64,000 nucleotides of DNA from Camelus dromedarius. Its lineage: Eukaryota. Both the position numbers and the translations under genes were made by a program. The DNA is taken from the NCBI RefSeq assembly GCF_036321535.1, contig NC_087436.1:85624001-85688000 (forward strand), given 5' to 3'. Shown here piece after piece: positions 1 through 10,646 of the stretch (position 1 is the first letter of the stretch; each line of letters begins with the position of its first letter). The notes beneath the pieces are model-generated. The model did not search any database. It was given only the letters and a program-made list of their open reading frames with translations, and was not told the origin of the DNA.

Positions 1-859
1 TAGTTCATCCTTGGAGATTTTCCACTTAATGCCATTATAAAGCCAAGGAGAATTTCATTCTGGATCCTATACTTAAAACTATTGTTCCATTGCAATGCAC
101 TAAAATGGTGGTTTTCACTTTTAATAAGAAAAAGAAAAGACCATTCAGATAGATCTGGGAGAATGTATTTGGAGGCCCCCTAGTATTTCTGGAGACCACA
201 GCTAGAGACACACTGGCTTTAAAAAAAATCAAGTTTTACTCTATGGAAGAAGACTTTCAAATGGGAATCTTTTTTCCAAAAGAAAAACGTTATCTTTATA
301 ACTGGTAAAGCTTTTGTTTTAGATTCTCATGAAAATAAAACCCCAAAGGAAAAATTTCTAGGATTCCTAAAAATTAGTCAGACCCCAGTCTGATCAGGTC
401 CTCATACCAAGATAGCATTGACCTTCATTTCACAGATTCACACTCGGCAAGGCCAAGGGCAGATCTGCGTGGGAGTGTGTGAGTTAGCAGGCGTGCACAC
501 ACCCTGGACGCAAAAGCTTCCACAGTCGACTGTGGCTGAGTTCAAGTGCAGGGCTCCTCTCTCTCAGGTGGCTGGCACGTGATGCCGTTAGGACAGGACC
601 CCAGAGACACTTGTCACTCTGCCTTTTGGTCCTGTCACTGTGCCTGAGAAGAGAACCCAGAGGCCCAGAAGTACACCCCAGGCTCAGACATGAAGGTGGG
701 CTGGCCCTGCAGCTCAGCCCACTGTCTGCCCAAGTTCCACCCCTTCTCTAGCTTAGCAAACTACCATCTCCCAGAGTTCTTACCAAAACATTGGAAGATT
801 GGAACATGTGTTTCCTATGTCCATGGGATGCCACACACATCAGTCCTCTAAAACCTCTC

Positions 860-942
860 ATCTGCCAAAATGTGGCTCATGGCCCCACCTGCATTGGAAT
901 CATCTTGGGCTTTGGTTCAAAATGCAGATCCTTGGGCCCCCT
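860..942. mobile_element. MER5A-like hAT-Charlie DNA transposon fragment
   Basis: 'ccaaaatgtggctc...cctgcattggaatcatcttgggctttggttcaaaatgcagatccttgggcccc' resembles one arm of the recalled MER5A consensus. Confidence 0.55.
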
Positions 943-2100
943 CTAGGCTCTTCCACAGCCTTCCTCAAGAAGCTGCTTCCTTGGCTCTGCTGTCTTTCTA
1001 CTCCTCCTAAGGCCTTTGTATTCATCTGGCTTCACTCCATTAGCTCATGGTGTCCTGTTCACTTTCTCAGGCAGCCCACAGGCCCTGCCCTCTCCGTGGT
1101 GCTGACTCCAGAACTGTCCCCCCTGGGGCCTCGGCAACGCGTAATCTCTGTGTGTGCACACCACTCACCCTGGACATTCAGAGATCGGTTCTGGCTGATG
1201 GGCTCCGTGATCCTGATCTCCCCAGAAGACAGCCTGCTGAGCGAGGGCTGGCTGCAATCCCTTCAGCTGCCACTGCTCTTTTATTCTCCAATAATTTTTT
1301 TGACTCTGAGGGGCCCTTGGGTTTACACCAAACACAAGTCCAGACATTTTCCCCTTCAGCAGCTCCTTCTCCATCTACAGCTGCTTCCCAGGATCCTCTG
1401 TAAGAGGGGCGACCTCTGCAAACCAGGGAAATCAGCTAATTTCCCTCTGTTCTGTCTGCCATCAGCCTTCCTGCCCCCATTGCTTGGGCAGGTGGCAGAT
1501 GCTTCCCTTGGGACCTGGGGCTTACTGGCCCCTCTGGAGTTAGTGCTTGCTCTGTATATTTGTCCTAAATCTGACTTTGCCCAGAATGGTGTCATGGACT
1601 TTTCTCAGGCCCAGCAGCTGCAGACCAGCCCCATCTTTAACTCTTTCCCTGCCCTGACTCCTAGACCTGGAGAGAAGCTTATGGCAGCCAGCTCGGGGCT
1701 TTGGCTGGGAAACCATGCAAATAAACAGGACTATGATGACTAAGGATGTGGTTTCTATTCCATTTTTTGCTCATTGTGTACCATTAAGATGAAAGGATTC
1801 ATTCATTCAAATAAATAATGATGATTGATCTCTAAAGAAAGAAAAGGAAGAGCTACGTATACTAACCAATATGAACTTACTACACAGGCCTAGGGATTCA
1901 GAGTAACAGAAGAAGTTACCTCCTTGGCTTTATCGGCTATGTGGTCACTCTGGTTCCCAGAAATTCCAACAACAGCATGTGTCTGAGCTTTCAAGGGCAC
2001 CGGCCGCAGCCTAGCGTAAAGTGACAGGCTCTCATGTTGTCCACCTACCACTGATGTTTCTCCAACGTGAAGGTTTGATTGCGTTAACCAGCGTGTCCTG

Positions 2101-2114
2101 CCTCTAGAGGGCAG
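2101..2114 (+). promoter_or_regulatory. Candidate CTCF site
   Basis: CCTCTAGAGGGCAG fits the CTCF core CCWSYAGRKGGCRS and lies in non-repeat sequence; motif only. Confidence 0.55.
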
Positions 2115-2184
2115 AGTTGGAGATGGCCTTCCATGGGCTCAGGTCACAAACGGTTGTCTTTTGCTGATGAATCTTTCCTTGGTC

Positions 2185-2315
2185 CTATAAATAGTGACTG
2201 GTTTCATCTACAAAGCTCATGTGATGAGCTGTGGTCATTTGCACAGGGAAGATGATCAACAGGGAGTTCTTCTCCCCAGACTGTGGATGCATGTGCTGCT
2301 GGCATATATGACTCA
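2185..2315. promoter_or_regulatory. MEF2 consensus site plus AP-1 site (candidate enhancer)
   Basis: CTATAAATAG (2185-2194) = CTA(A/T)4TAG; TGACTCA at 2309-2315. Confidence 0.35.
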
Positions 2316-3035
2316 GTAATCCTCCTTCAGCCCTTCCAGAAGATCCTGCCAGGGAGAAGGGGAGCGTTGACCAGGAATATGAACAAGGTGGACTTAAAGA
2401 GATTATTCTGATTCTGTACTCTGTACTGCCGCCAGCCACCCCACCAATGGGTTTATCATCTGTGCTAACATGACAGAAAACCATGCGCTGGGACATTGAT
2501 GTGGTCTTGACGTACACCTGCCTTTCCTTCCATTTGTAACTGTGAGCAGATTACTCTGACCCCACCTGAAATGGGTGATGACAAGCATTCAGTCACCACA
2601 ATGAACACTGGGGGGTGGTGTATACTCCTCTCCATCCCAGCTCTATAATCGTTGATTTCCTGCTTCCCATGATGCCCCTTGACCAAATGTCGTCTGCACC
2701 GACCTGCCTGCAAGCAGGAGTTTTGTTTGCACAAAGCTTTAGGTTGGTATTCTCAAAATGCTACCCCTCCTGCTAACTCACCCACCCTCAATGGGATAAC
2801 TCTCCTAGAAGACAAATTTCAGCTTCAGGAACACCTACTGAAATATTTACCTACGGCTTTCCTTTGCCCAGAAATTTCACCCAAAAGGTCTGAGAATACC
2901 TAAAAAAAGACCCTCACAAAGCACCTAATCCAGGGAGCAGAAATTTCTAACACTATAAGAACCTCTTTAACTTTTTAAATCATCTCCCCAAAATTGGCAG
3001 ACCACCCCTTCCTCAAAGTTATGCTGCAAGTGCTT

Positions 3036-3059
3036 TGAGGAGCTGTCGACTGAGAAAAT
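3036..3059. repeat. Dispersed duplicate, copy A (24-bp exact match to 15971-15994)
   Basis: TGAGGAGCTGTCGACTGAGAAAAT is identical at both sites; weaker similarity continues to ~3120. Confidence 0.9.
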
Positions 3060-3065
3060 ATGCAA

Positions 3066-3095
3066 TGATCAGATGAGTTCAGTGCCCCTTTTATA
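3066..3095 (-). promoter_or_regulatory. Candidate minus-strand TATA + Inr core promoter
   Basis: Minus strand reads TATAAAAG (3095-3088); an Inr-like TCATTG has its A at 3066, 29 nt downstream; motif inference only. Confidence 0.3.
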
Positions 3096-3649
3096 ACTGA
3101 ATGCATGTTTTACAGATCACAAGATTCTGCATACATTAACACAGCCACACACACCTGGGAAACAAGACTCCCCTGGCAGTTTGCAGATATTGCAGATACC
3201 ACAGACCTCTGGCAGGAATTCTGGATCACAATCGATGTCAGAAAATAATTCCCTAGGGTCTTGCCCTGCTCCAGGGACTTGTTTTTCTCCTACCCAGAAT
3301 GCAAGGGCATCTGGACTAGAAAGGGTCCAGAGTACTTGGTATGTTTCCAAATTCTCTCCAATCTGGAGGACTCCAAATAGACAAGCAAGGGAATCAGTAA
3401 TTCTGGGACTAAGTCAGGGACTCTGATGATAACTTCTGGAGGAAGAATGGAATATCCAAACAAAGCTAGAGTTTCAGGCTATACTGAGCTACCCAGATGA
3501 CTCGCCTTTCCATCATCAAGGATCCGCTCAATTAACTCTGGTTGCCGGTGAGCTCTGCTTCTATATTAAAATCATGGTGTACAGAAAATTCAAGTCAAGA
3601 GTTTGAACTTTGCTGCTTAGAGATGTGACCTAGGGTGTCATTGATAGTC

Positions 3650-3995
3650 ACCATGGCAGATGGTAGGATTACACATCCTGGCCTTCTTGTGTTTGGCCAG
3701 GTGGTTAGTTCTGGCCAATGAATTTTGAGAAAATAAGACGGTGTCAATCCCAGGCCAGATCATTTAGCTGCCACTCTGAGACCCTCCAGGGCTTTTTTCC
3801 CTTCTGGCCTTTGAGTCATGGCATTGGAGATGATGACTGTTCATCAACCTGGGTTTCTGAAGACTATCAGGATAGGAGCCTCCAGGCTGAACCGTGATGG
3901 ACTGGTAGTATGATGAGAAATAAATCTTTGTTGGCTTAAGCCACTGTGATTTTGGAGTTGCTTGTTACTGTGGCATAATTTAGTGTAGCCTGATC
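3650..3995 (+). mobile_element. ERVL-MaLR LTR (old MLT1I/J/K-like)
   Basis: 'tagttctggccaatga...gagaccctccag' and 3' end 'gagaaataaatctttgttggcttaagccactgtgattttggagttgcttgttac...cctga'. Confidence 0.75.
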
Positions 3996-5344
3996 AGGTA
4001 GGCTTGGTTATAGTGCACAAAGTTTCTGCATTTAGGTGCTCCAGGAAAATTACACTGATAAGTCAAAAATGACTAGTTTTATCTTACAATAACCAGATGC
4101 CCTCTTCAGCCCTTCCATCCCATTACCTCCAACCTCCTAATGATGTGACTGGAATTGAGTTGGTGTTCAGGAGTGGAGAGCCAGGGAGAGGCCACATTGC
4201 TGGGGTATTGGTCTGCTGGCACATCTCTCTGGCCAGTCTTGTTCTGGAACAAACACTTTTTTCTGCCCCTTCAGAATGAGCCATGCAGGCCAGGCAAAGA
4301 GGGGCAGGCTCTCTCAGGAGCTCGGAAAACACAGGAATCCAGCCTTTATGCCTTTATGCTTGTCAATCCAGTGCTTTTCACAGGCACCACTTTTTTTGTG
4401 TGCTTGATTTTAAATGGCATTTTGAATCTTGGCCAATTCACATCATTTTAGTCCTGCACCCCGATCCTCCCTGGGACTCTTGAATACACTGGGGTTTTTG
4501 TTTGGACAGTTGCGATGATGTATTTCAAAACCCGTGTTTAGCTGCAGACTTTAATGACAGGCAAGGAACAATTGGGCAGTTTGGCACATGTCAGGTTCTA
4601 AATGCAGGGATGAAGGTTCTAATGGTAACAGAGGGACAAATAGATTTGTCCTCAACTTGGCAGCAATGTTACTCTGCCAAGCTCTGCCAGCTTGATGCTT
4701 GAGCACTTCCAGGCCCAAGGCTTTTCTAAAACATGGAGGGCACCCTGGAACCACCAATGAAAAAGGAAAACAAAAATCTCTACTTTGCAGCACCTTTTAT
4801 AAATACCAGTGATTTGGGTAGGACCCTTGTGGGTAAAGGCTCTTTAAAAAGCATGACATTTAAACTTGGTCCAACATCACCGTTTCCCCGTTGACATTTT
4901 GCTTCCTGTGATAGACACCTCATTATTAAGTATCATATTATTAGCACAAATGCTTTCTGTAGAAACATAAAGGCAAGCACGCTTATTAATCAAAAACCAA
5001 ATTTTCTATTCAGGCTCATAATCAGGGATCTTGGAAAATGAGAATACTCTTATTGGGTTGGAAGGACTAAGAGCAGCTTCCTCCTGTGGTACTTGATCTG
5101 CCAGGATAATGAGGCACTGGGGAAGGTGTACCGTGAGGCATAGGAGAAATTGCCTGAAACTGAGTGGTCCTGGGAGTACCTACCAGGGAGAGTCTTACAG
5201 GAACTGATGGACTCCTGCGAAGTGGATTGTGAAGAGTGCTAGGAAGGCTACACCAGTCAAAGATATCTCCCCCACCACTTAACCTGTATTTCCAACATCA
5301 CAGGTTATCCTTTATTATTTTGAGCATTTCAGATTTAAAGAGAA

Positions 5345-5545
5345 ATAGTATAGTTAGTGGTTAAGTTCATAAGCTCTTGGATCATGCTCCCTGTGTTTGA
5401 ATCCCAGCTCTGCCACTGACTAGCTGTGTGACCCTGGGGAAGTTACCCAAACTCTCTGAGCCTGTTTCCTCATTTATAAAATAGGATAATAATTGTCCTA
5501 CCTCATTGGGTTATTGTAAAGATTAAATTGAGTTGATATACAGAA
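5345..5545 (+). mobile_element. MIR SINE
   Basis: MIR core 'gaatcccagctctgccactgactagctgtgtgacc...tctctgagcctgtttcctcatttataaaatagg'. Confidence 0.9.
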
Positions 5546-5967
5546 CACACAAAATCGATTTGCCATCAAGTCCCATGAACAGCCAAGGGTGATAGCCAGG
5601 TAGTCGGGCTGAGCAGAGGTTCTTTCCAGGCCAGAAAATTTCCCCTAGACAAGGATCTGGTCTAGGGCTTTCTGAAGCTGTGGAACCTTCCTGAGGTCTT
5701 TTTCAGGTCTAAACTTCCCAAAGACAGTCCCAAAGACTCATAATGTCGGCACGGAATGTAAGCGGGGGGAAAATCGAGATGAAAACAGAGCCACCCCCTT
5801 TCTCCTGGGAGGTGCTGGGACCGCTAAAGAAATCCTGGGCCCAGTCTGGGCCAAACTGGTTTCAGAAGGTAATCAGTTAACTCCATTTGGTAGGCTAATT
5901 TTCTGACTCCAAATGGTAGACAGATTTTCCTTCTTCTAAACACTCTAGTTTAAAATGAAAGACTAAC

Positions 5968-6112
5968 GGGGGGTGGGGGGTGGGTATAGCTCAAATGGTA
6001 GAGTGTATGCGTAGCATGCATGAGGTCCTGGTCCCATCCCCAGTACCTCTATAAAACAAAACTAGCAATAAATAATTAAATAGACCTAATGATTTCCCCC
6101 ATTGAAAAAAAA
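5968..6112 (+). mobile_element. tRNA-derived SINE, camelid Vic-1-like
   Basis: G-rich head, A-box 'tagctcaaatggtagag', degenerate B-box and A-rich tail; flanking TSD taaaatgaaagacta (5951-5965) / taaagtgaaagacca (6118-6132). Confidence 0.85.
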
Positions 6113-6125
6113 TTTTTTAAAGTGA

Positions 6126-6203
6126 AAGACCATTAAAAAAAGATATGATTTGTCCGCCTTACTCAAGACCTTTAAAAAGAAAATATGATTAGTCTACCTT
6201 ATT
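6126..6203 (+). repeat. Diverged ~39-bp tandem duplication
   Basis: aagaccattaaaaaaagatatgatttgtccgccttact followed by aagacctttaaaaagaaaatatgattagtctaccttatt. Confidence 0.7.
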
Positions 6204-7589
6204 TACTTAAGAAATGTTCAAAAAACTTTCCAAAAATTGCCAGATCTAATCTCGTGGGGGCAGCTGGTCCCTACCTAGTATCTCTTCTGCATCGAGTCCC
6301 AGAGAACAAAGGCACAGAACGTTGCTGGTCACCTCTCATCATTAAGGGGCAGTGACAACAAGGGGCTGCTCCTATCTTTCTCCAGTTTTTAAGGTTAGAG
6401 TCAAAAAATTGGGATCCTTTCTCACAAATGGCTCTGTCCTCTGTCCTATGCAAACTGCTGAACAAATAAATGGAGATTTTTTAAAGTTCACAGTGACCTT
6501 TTTTGATGTCTGGGACAATGCAATCCCTTCAGTTTGTAATGGAAAATAGATTAAGCTACTTGCCTGGCTTGCTTTTAGGGAGCTGCTGCCTTCTCATTTT
6601 AAAAATCTTTGCCCTAGAATTTTTGCTCAAACTCTTCTTCATGGTAAAACCCGTGGGCATTGAGTAGGCAAAGACGGGTGATTTGTACCCTGGTTTGGAT
6701 TTTGCTTCTTCCCTAAAGCAAGTCACTTATTGCCTGTTTGAGCCCAACCTCACATCTCCTTCAGGTCTTTTGTTCACATCATAAAATTCAGATTCATTAA
6801 CCATCGATAATTGAAACCAAGATGATGGGCTTAGATAAAATATATAAACTTTCTAAAGAAGGTTTTTCTAGGCCTGGAATCCTTCCATGCCAATTTATCC
6901 AGAATTTGGTTTGGTTTTGCTTTGTGTTGTTTTTCTTTTGCTCCTTCTCCAGGTTAAGGAAATCTCTGAATACCAGCCCATCCAATCCTACCTCTAAAAT
7001 GGCATTTTGTGCTCTCTTCTGAAAAACTCTTGACTGGGGTGAAACAGGGTAAATAGGATCTTCTCAAGGAAGTGCCTGCCCAACAGACATTTTTTGGCCG
7101 TGAAAGCAAATTAAAAAAATACTAAACAAACATAATTCTTTGTATTACTGGCTTTTGAAAAAGTAAAGAGAAACACATATTTATTTAATGAACCCATCCC
7201 ACTGGAAAAGACCCAGAGTGCAGAGAAAACATATCATTAGGGCTATCTGAGGGAAGGAGGCCCTCCTTTAACTGCCATTTTCTTTCTCTCTTCTTCTTCC
7301 AAATCTGCAAATCTTGCCAGTAATTTTGTGCTTTTCCTCCACTAAAATGCAGTTTCCCAGAATGCACTGCCAGAGGGTGTTCTTCTTTGTCCAAACCAGG
7401 GCAAGTGCTGGGAATCTGCCTTGATGATCACATTTCTTCAGTCCCTTTCAGAAAAATCATTGGATTAGCCCTTCATGGCTGTGTACTTATAAAGCAGAAT
7501 GCACTTATAAATTTGATGATTAACAATAATTCATGTAATGTTTAACTTGGAAAATTGGAGCTTTGTCCAGACTCGACAATGATGTCAAC

Positions 7590-7820
7590 TTTTATTGAGT
7601 TATATGCCACAAAGGAGCTCAGTATTTTACAGACATTGATTAGTTCATTTAATTCTCAGGAAAACCTTATGAGGTAGATATTATCATTATCCCATCTTGC
7701 AGGTAAGAAAACTAAAGTCCAGAGAAGTTAAGTAACATGATCAAAGTCACACAGCTGAGAAATGACAGGACTAGAATTCAAATACCAGTTTTGACTGTAA
7801 AGTCCAGGGTCTTAACTCTG
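7590..7820 (-). mobile_element. MIR SINE
   Basis: 'tttattgag...ccttatgaggtagatattatcattatcccatcttgcaggtaagaaaactaaag...agagaagttaagtaac...aagtcacacagct'. Confidence 0.85.
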
Positions 7821-7964
7821 TCATCAGAGTGCTTCACGGGTTGGTACCTAGCAGAGTAACTCTTACATCATAGCTTTGAAATAAATACTTGTTGAATAAA
7901 TTAAAAAGCAAATCAGTAAGTTGATCCTTGTAATGTTCCTTTCAGGACTGTCAATACCTGTAAC

Positions 7965-8406
7965 ATTCAAGGTGAATAAAGCTATAGCTGCTGGAAGAAA
8001 TAACCACTAAATCTCAGTGGGTTAACACAGTAAAAGTGTATTTCTCACTCATGTCACAGTATAATATGGTCGATAAATGTGTAGTAGAGGCTGCCTGCTC
8101 TCTGCAGTCAGCCAGGATCCAGGATCCTTCTAGACTGTGGCTCTTCCATGTTCAGGGCTTTTCTCTCAAGGGTGCCCTGAATACTGTGGTCCCCAGGCTT
8201 GCATCATCATTCATGTGGTAGATGAGACAGTGGAGGGTGGCTCTGGGAGTTTGAGGGCCAGGCTTGGACTCATCATGCATTCCATTGGCCAGGACTCTGT
8301 CTCATGGCCCCACTAACCACAGAGGAGGTTGGGAAATGTAGTTCAGCTGTGTGCCCAAGAAGAACATGAAATGGGCTTGGTGAGGACACAGCTTTGTCTG
8401 CTACAG
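7965..8406 (-). mobile_element. ERVL-MaLR LTR (MLT1J/K-like)
   Basis: 'aaatctcagtgggttaacacagtaaaagtgtatttctcactcatg' and 'cattccattggccaggact...ttgggaaatgtagtt...tctgctaca'. Confidence 0.75.
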
Positions 8407-9831
8407 ACTTACATCCTACTTTTATAGGTAGAAACCAACAGCTTGTACTGTATTTCCTTGACAAAATCCTTCCTTCCTGCTGGGATGGAAATTTCCATCA
8501 TCTGAGTCATTCCTTTGCATTTGATGTCAAAGGTTGGGGTTTTGCACACCTAAGGCCAGATGTAAAATGCACACACTCTTCCTAGGACCACCTTCACTAG
8601 TTTTCTTTCGTTAGCACAGAGTAGATTTGTTGAGAATATTAGAAATTTCTAGGGTTGGTTGGGACATTTTAATAAGGGTGGACTCAGTGAAAAACTCTGG
8701 GTATTAGAGAAGAAGAAAGCTAATCTAATAACAGTGTGGCTTGGTGGAGGAATGCCTAATTTAGAGATAAAATGTACGTGTGAGGCTTAAAATTTTCATA
8801 AGTTTATCTATAAAGAAGTTCACGATCTTGTTCAGGATGACAAAGAGAATCTGTTGTTAAGCTAGATCAGAAACGTACTTATCTCTATTTATCTCAAACC
8901 TGCCTCAGTTGGGTGATCTCATTTTGAGGGATTTTCTTTTCATTGAGAAGTGTGTTTTAAGCTGATCTAAGTGACAACTGGCAACATCCTCCTCATATTT
9001 AAAATTATAGCCCATTAAAGGCGGGTTTCTGTTGACTCACCCAAGTATTGGGGCTCTCAAGTTTCTAATTTCTGACCAGGGGCTGAATTATTCATCAAAG
9101 ACATTTATCTCTCTTACTCCAATTATTAATCTCTTGATGCTATTGGTGGTCTTGAGGCACTGCTGTAAAAGCTTAATGCATTTTGCATCAGTGTGTCATA
9201 CCCGCTGGAGATGTCTTTGGCTTCCCATGAAAGGGTTAAAAAGTAGGACTTGAGATGGTGCCAGACAATTAGGTAATTACAAAACACTTTTGGACATTAA
9301 TCATGTAAGCATTATGCCTGAAGTCATGACTGTCAGCTTCTGCTTTCTTAATTGTGCACTAGAGTTTTCAAAATCATCATCAAGTTCCAAGATTTAAAAT
9401 ATATATGTATTTCCTATCTTTAAATTTATATATATATTTTCTTATTTTTCATATGGGGAATTCCTTTCTCTCAATAACTTTTCTTTACTGGTATGAAAAT
9501 ATTTCCAAATGAATAGTGAGATAGCAGTCAACACTGACAGAGGGCTCCCTGGATGCTAGGTTCTCGGCTAGGCCCTTTGCAAGTGCTGTCTTGTTTAGCT
9601 TTCTCAACCACTCTGTAAAGTAGGTAAGAATAAACAGCTAAGGCTCAGATAGTGCTTCCTATGCTCCTAGGGACTCATTTAATATCAGTACGATCCTCTG
9701 AGGTTTATACTCTAAATTTCATTGAACTAAGAAACTATCAATTGTGAGGCAGTGTTATGCTCCACATTGTGTTCTCCTCAAATTTATTATTGAAGTCTTA
9801 ACACTCAGTATCTCAAAATAAACTGTATCTG

Positions 9832-10608
9832 AAATGCTGGAGAGGGTGTAGAGAAAAGGGAACCCTCCTACACTTTGGTGGGACTGTAGTTTGGTGCAGC
9901 CATTATGGAAAACAATATGGAGATTCCTTTAAAAACTGAAAATAGACTTAGCCTATGATCCAGAAATTCCACTCTTGGGCATATATCCAGAGGATACTTT
10001 AATTCAAAAAGATACGTGCACCCCAATGTTCACAGTTGCACTATTTGCAATAGCCAAGGCATGGAAGCAACCTAAATGTCCATCAACAGATGACTAGATA
10101 AAGAAGTTGTGATATATAGATATAGATGAAGATATAGATGTATATACAAAGGAATACTACTCAGCCATAAAAAGGAATAAAATAATGCCATTTGCAGCAA
10201 CATGGATGGACCTGGAGATCATTATACTAAGTGAAGTAAGCCAGAAAAAGAAGGAAAAATACTACATGATATCACCCATACGTGGAATCTAAAAAAAAAA
10301 AGGACACAAATAAACTTATTTACAGAGAAAGATTCATAGACATTGAAAACAAACTTACGGTTACCAGGGGATAAAAAGGGTGGAAAGGGTTAAATTGGGA
10401 GCTGGGGATTTGTACATACTAACTACTATATATAGAATAGATAAACAACAAGGTCCTACTGTATAGCACAGGAAACTATATTCAATGCCTTTTAGTGGCC
10501 TGTAGAAAAAGAATATATATACATACATATATATAAATGAATCAATTTGCCATGCACCAGAAATTAACACAATACTGTAAATCAACTATACTTTCATATA
10601 AATAAATA

Positions 10609-10643
<35 letters not shown>
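9832..10643 (+). mobile_element. 5'-truncated L1 (cetartiodactyl-type 3' end) with (GAAA)n tail
   Basis: L1 ORF2-end/3'UTR motifs 'aatgctggagagggtgtagagaaaagggaaccctcctacac' and 'acacaatactgtaaatcaactatactt'; TSD aaaataaactgtatctg / aaataaaactgtatctg. Confidence 0.95.
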
Positions 10644-10644
<1 letters not shown>

Positions 10645-10646
10645 AA
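10610..10646 (+). repeat. (GAAA)n microsatellite derived from the L1 poly(A) tail
   Basis: About 9 contiguous GAAA units. Confidence 0.95.

Noticed and set aside
520..535. Perfect 16-bp palindrome CCACAGTCGACTGTGG (shares GTCGACTG with the duplicated core)
   Set aside because: About one 16-bp palindrome is expected by chance in 64 kb, and there is no further similarity to the 24-bp core
2185..2734. Overlapping minus-strand ORFs considered as a retroviral pol or pseudogene remnant
   Set aside because: No convincing RT, RNase H or integrase motif, and no other recognisable protein
5980..6050. tRNA-like sequences (also 38085-38160 and 62560-62632)
   Set aside because: They have G-rich heads, A-rich tails, TSDs and broken stems, so they are SINEs rather than tRNA genes
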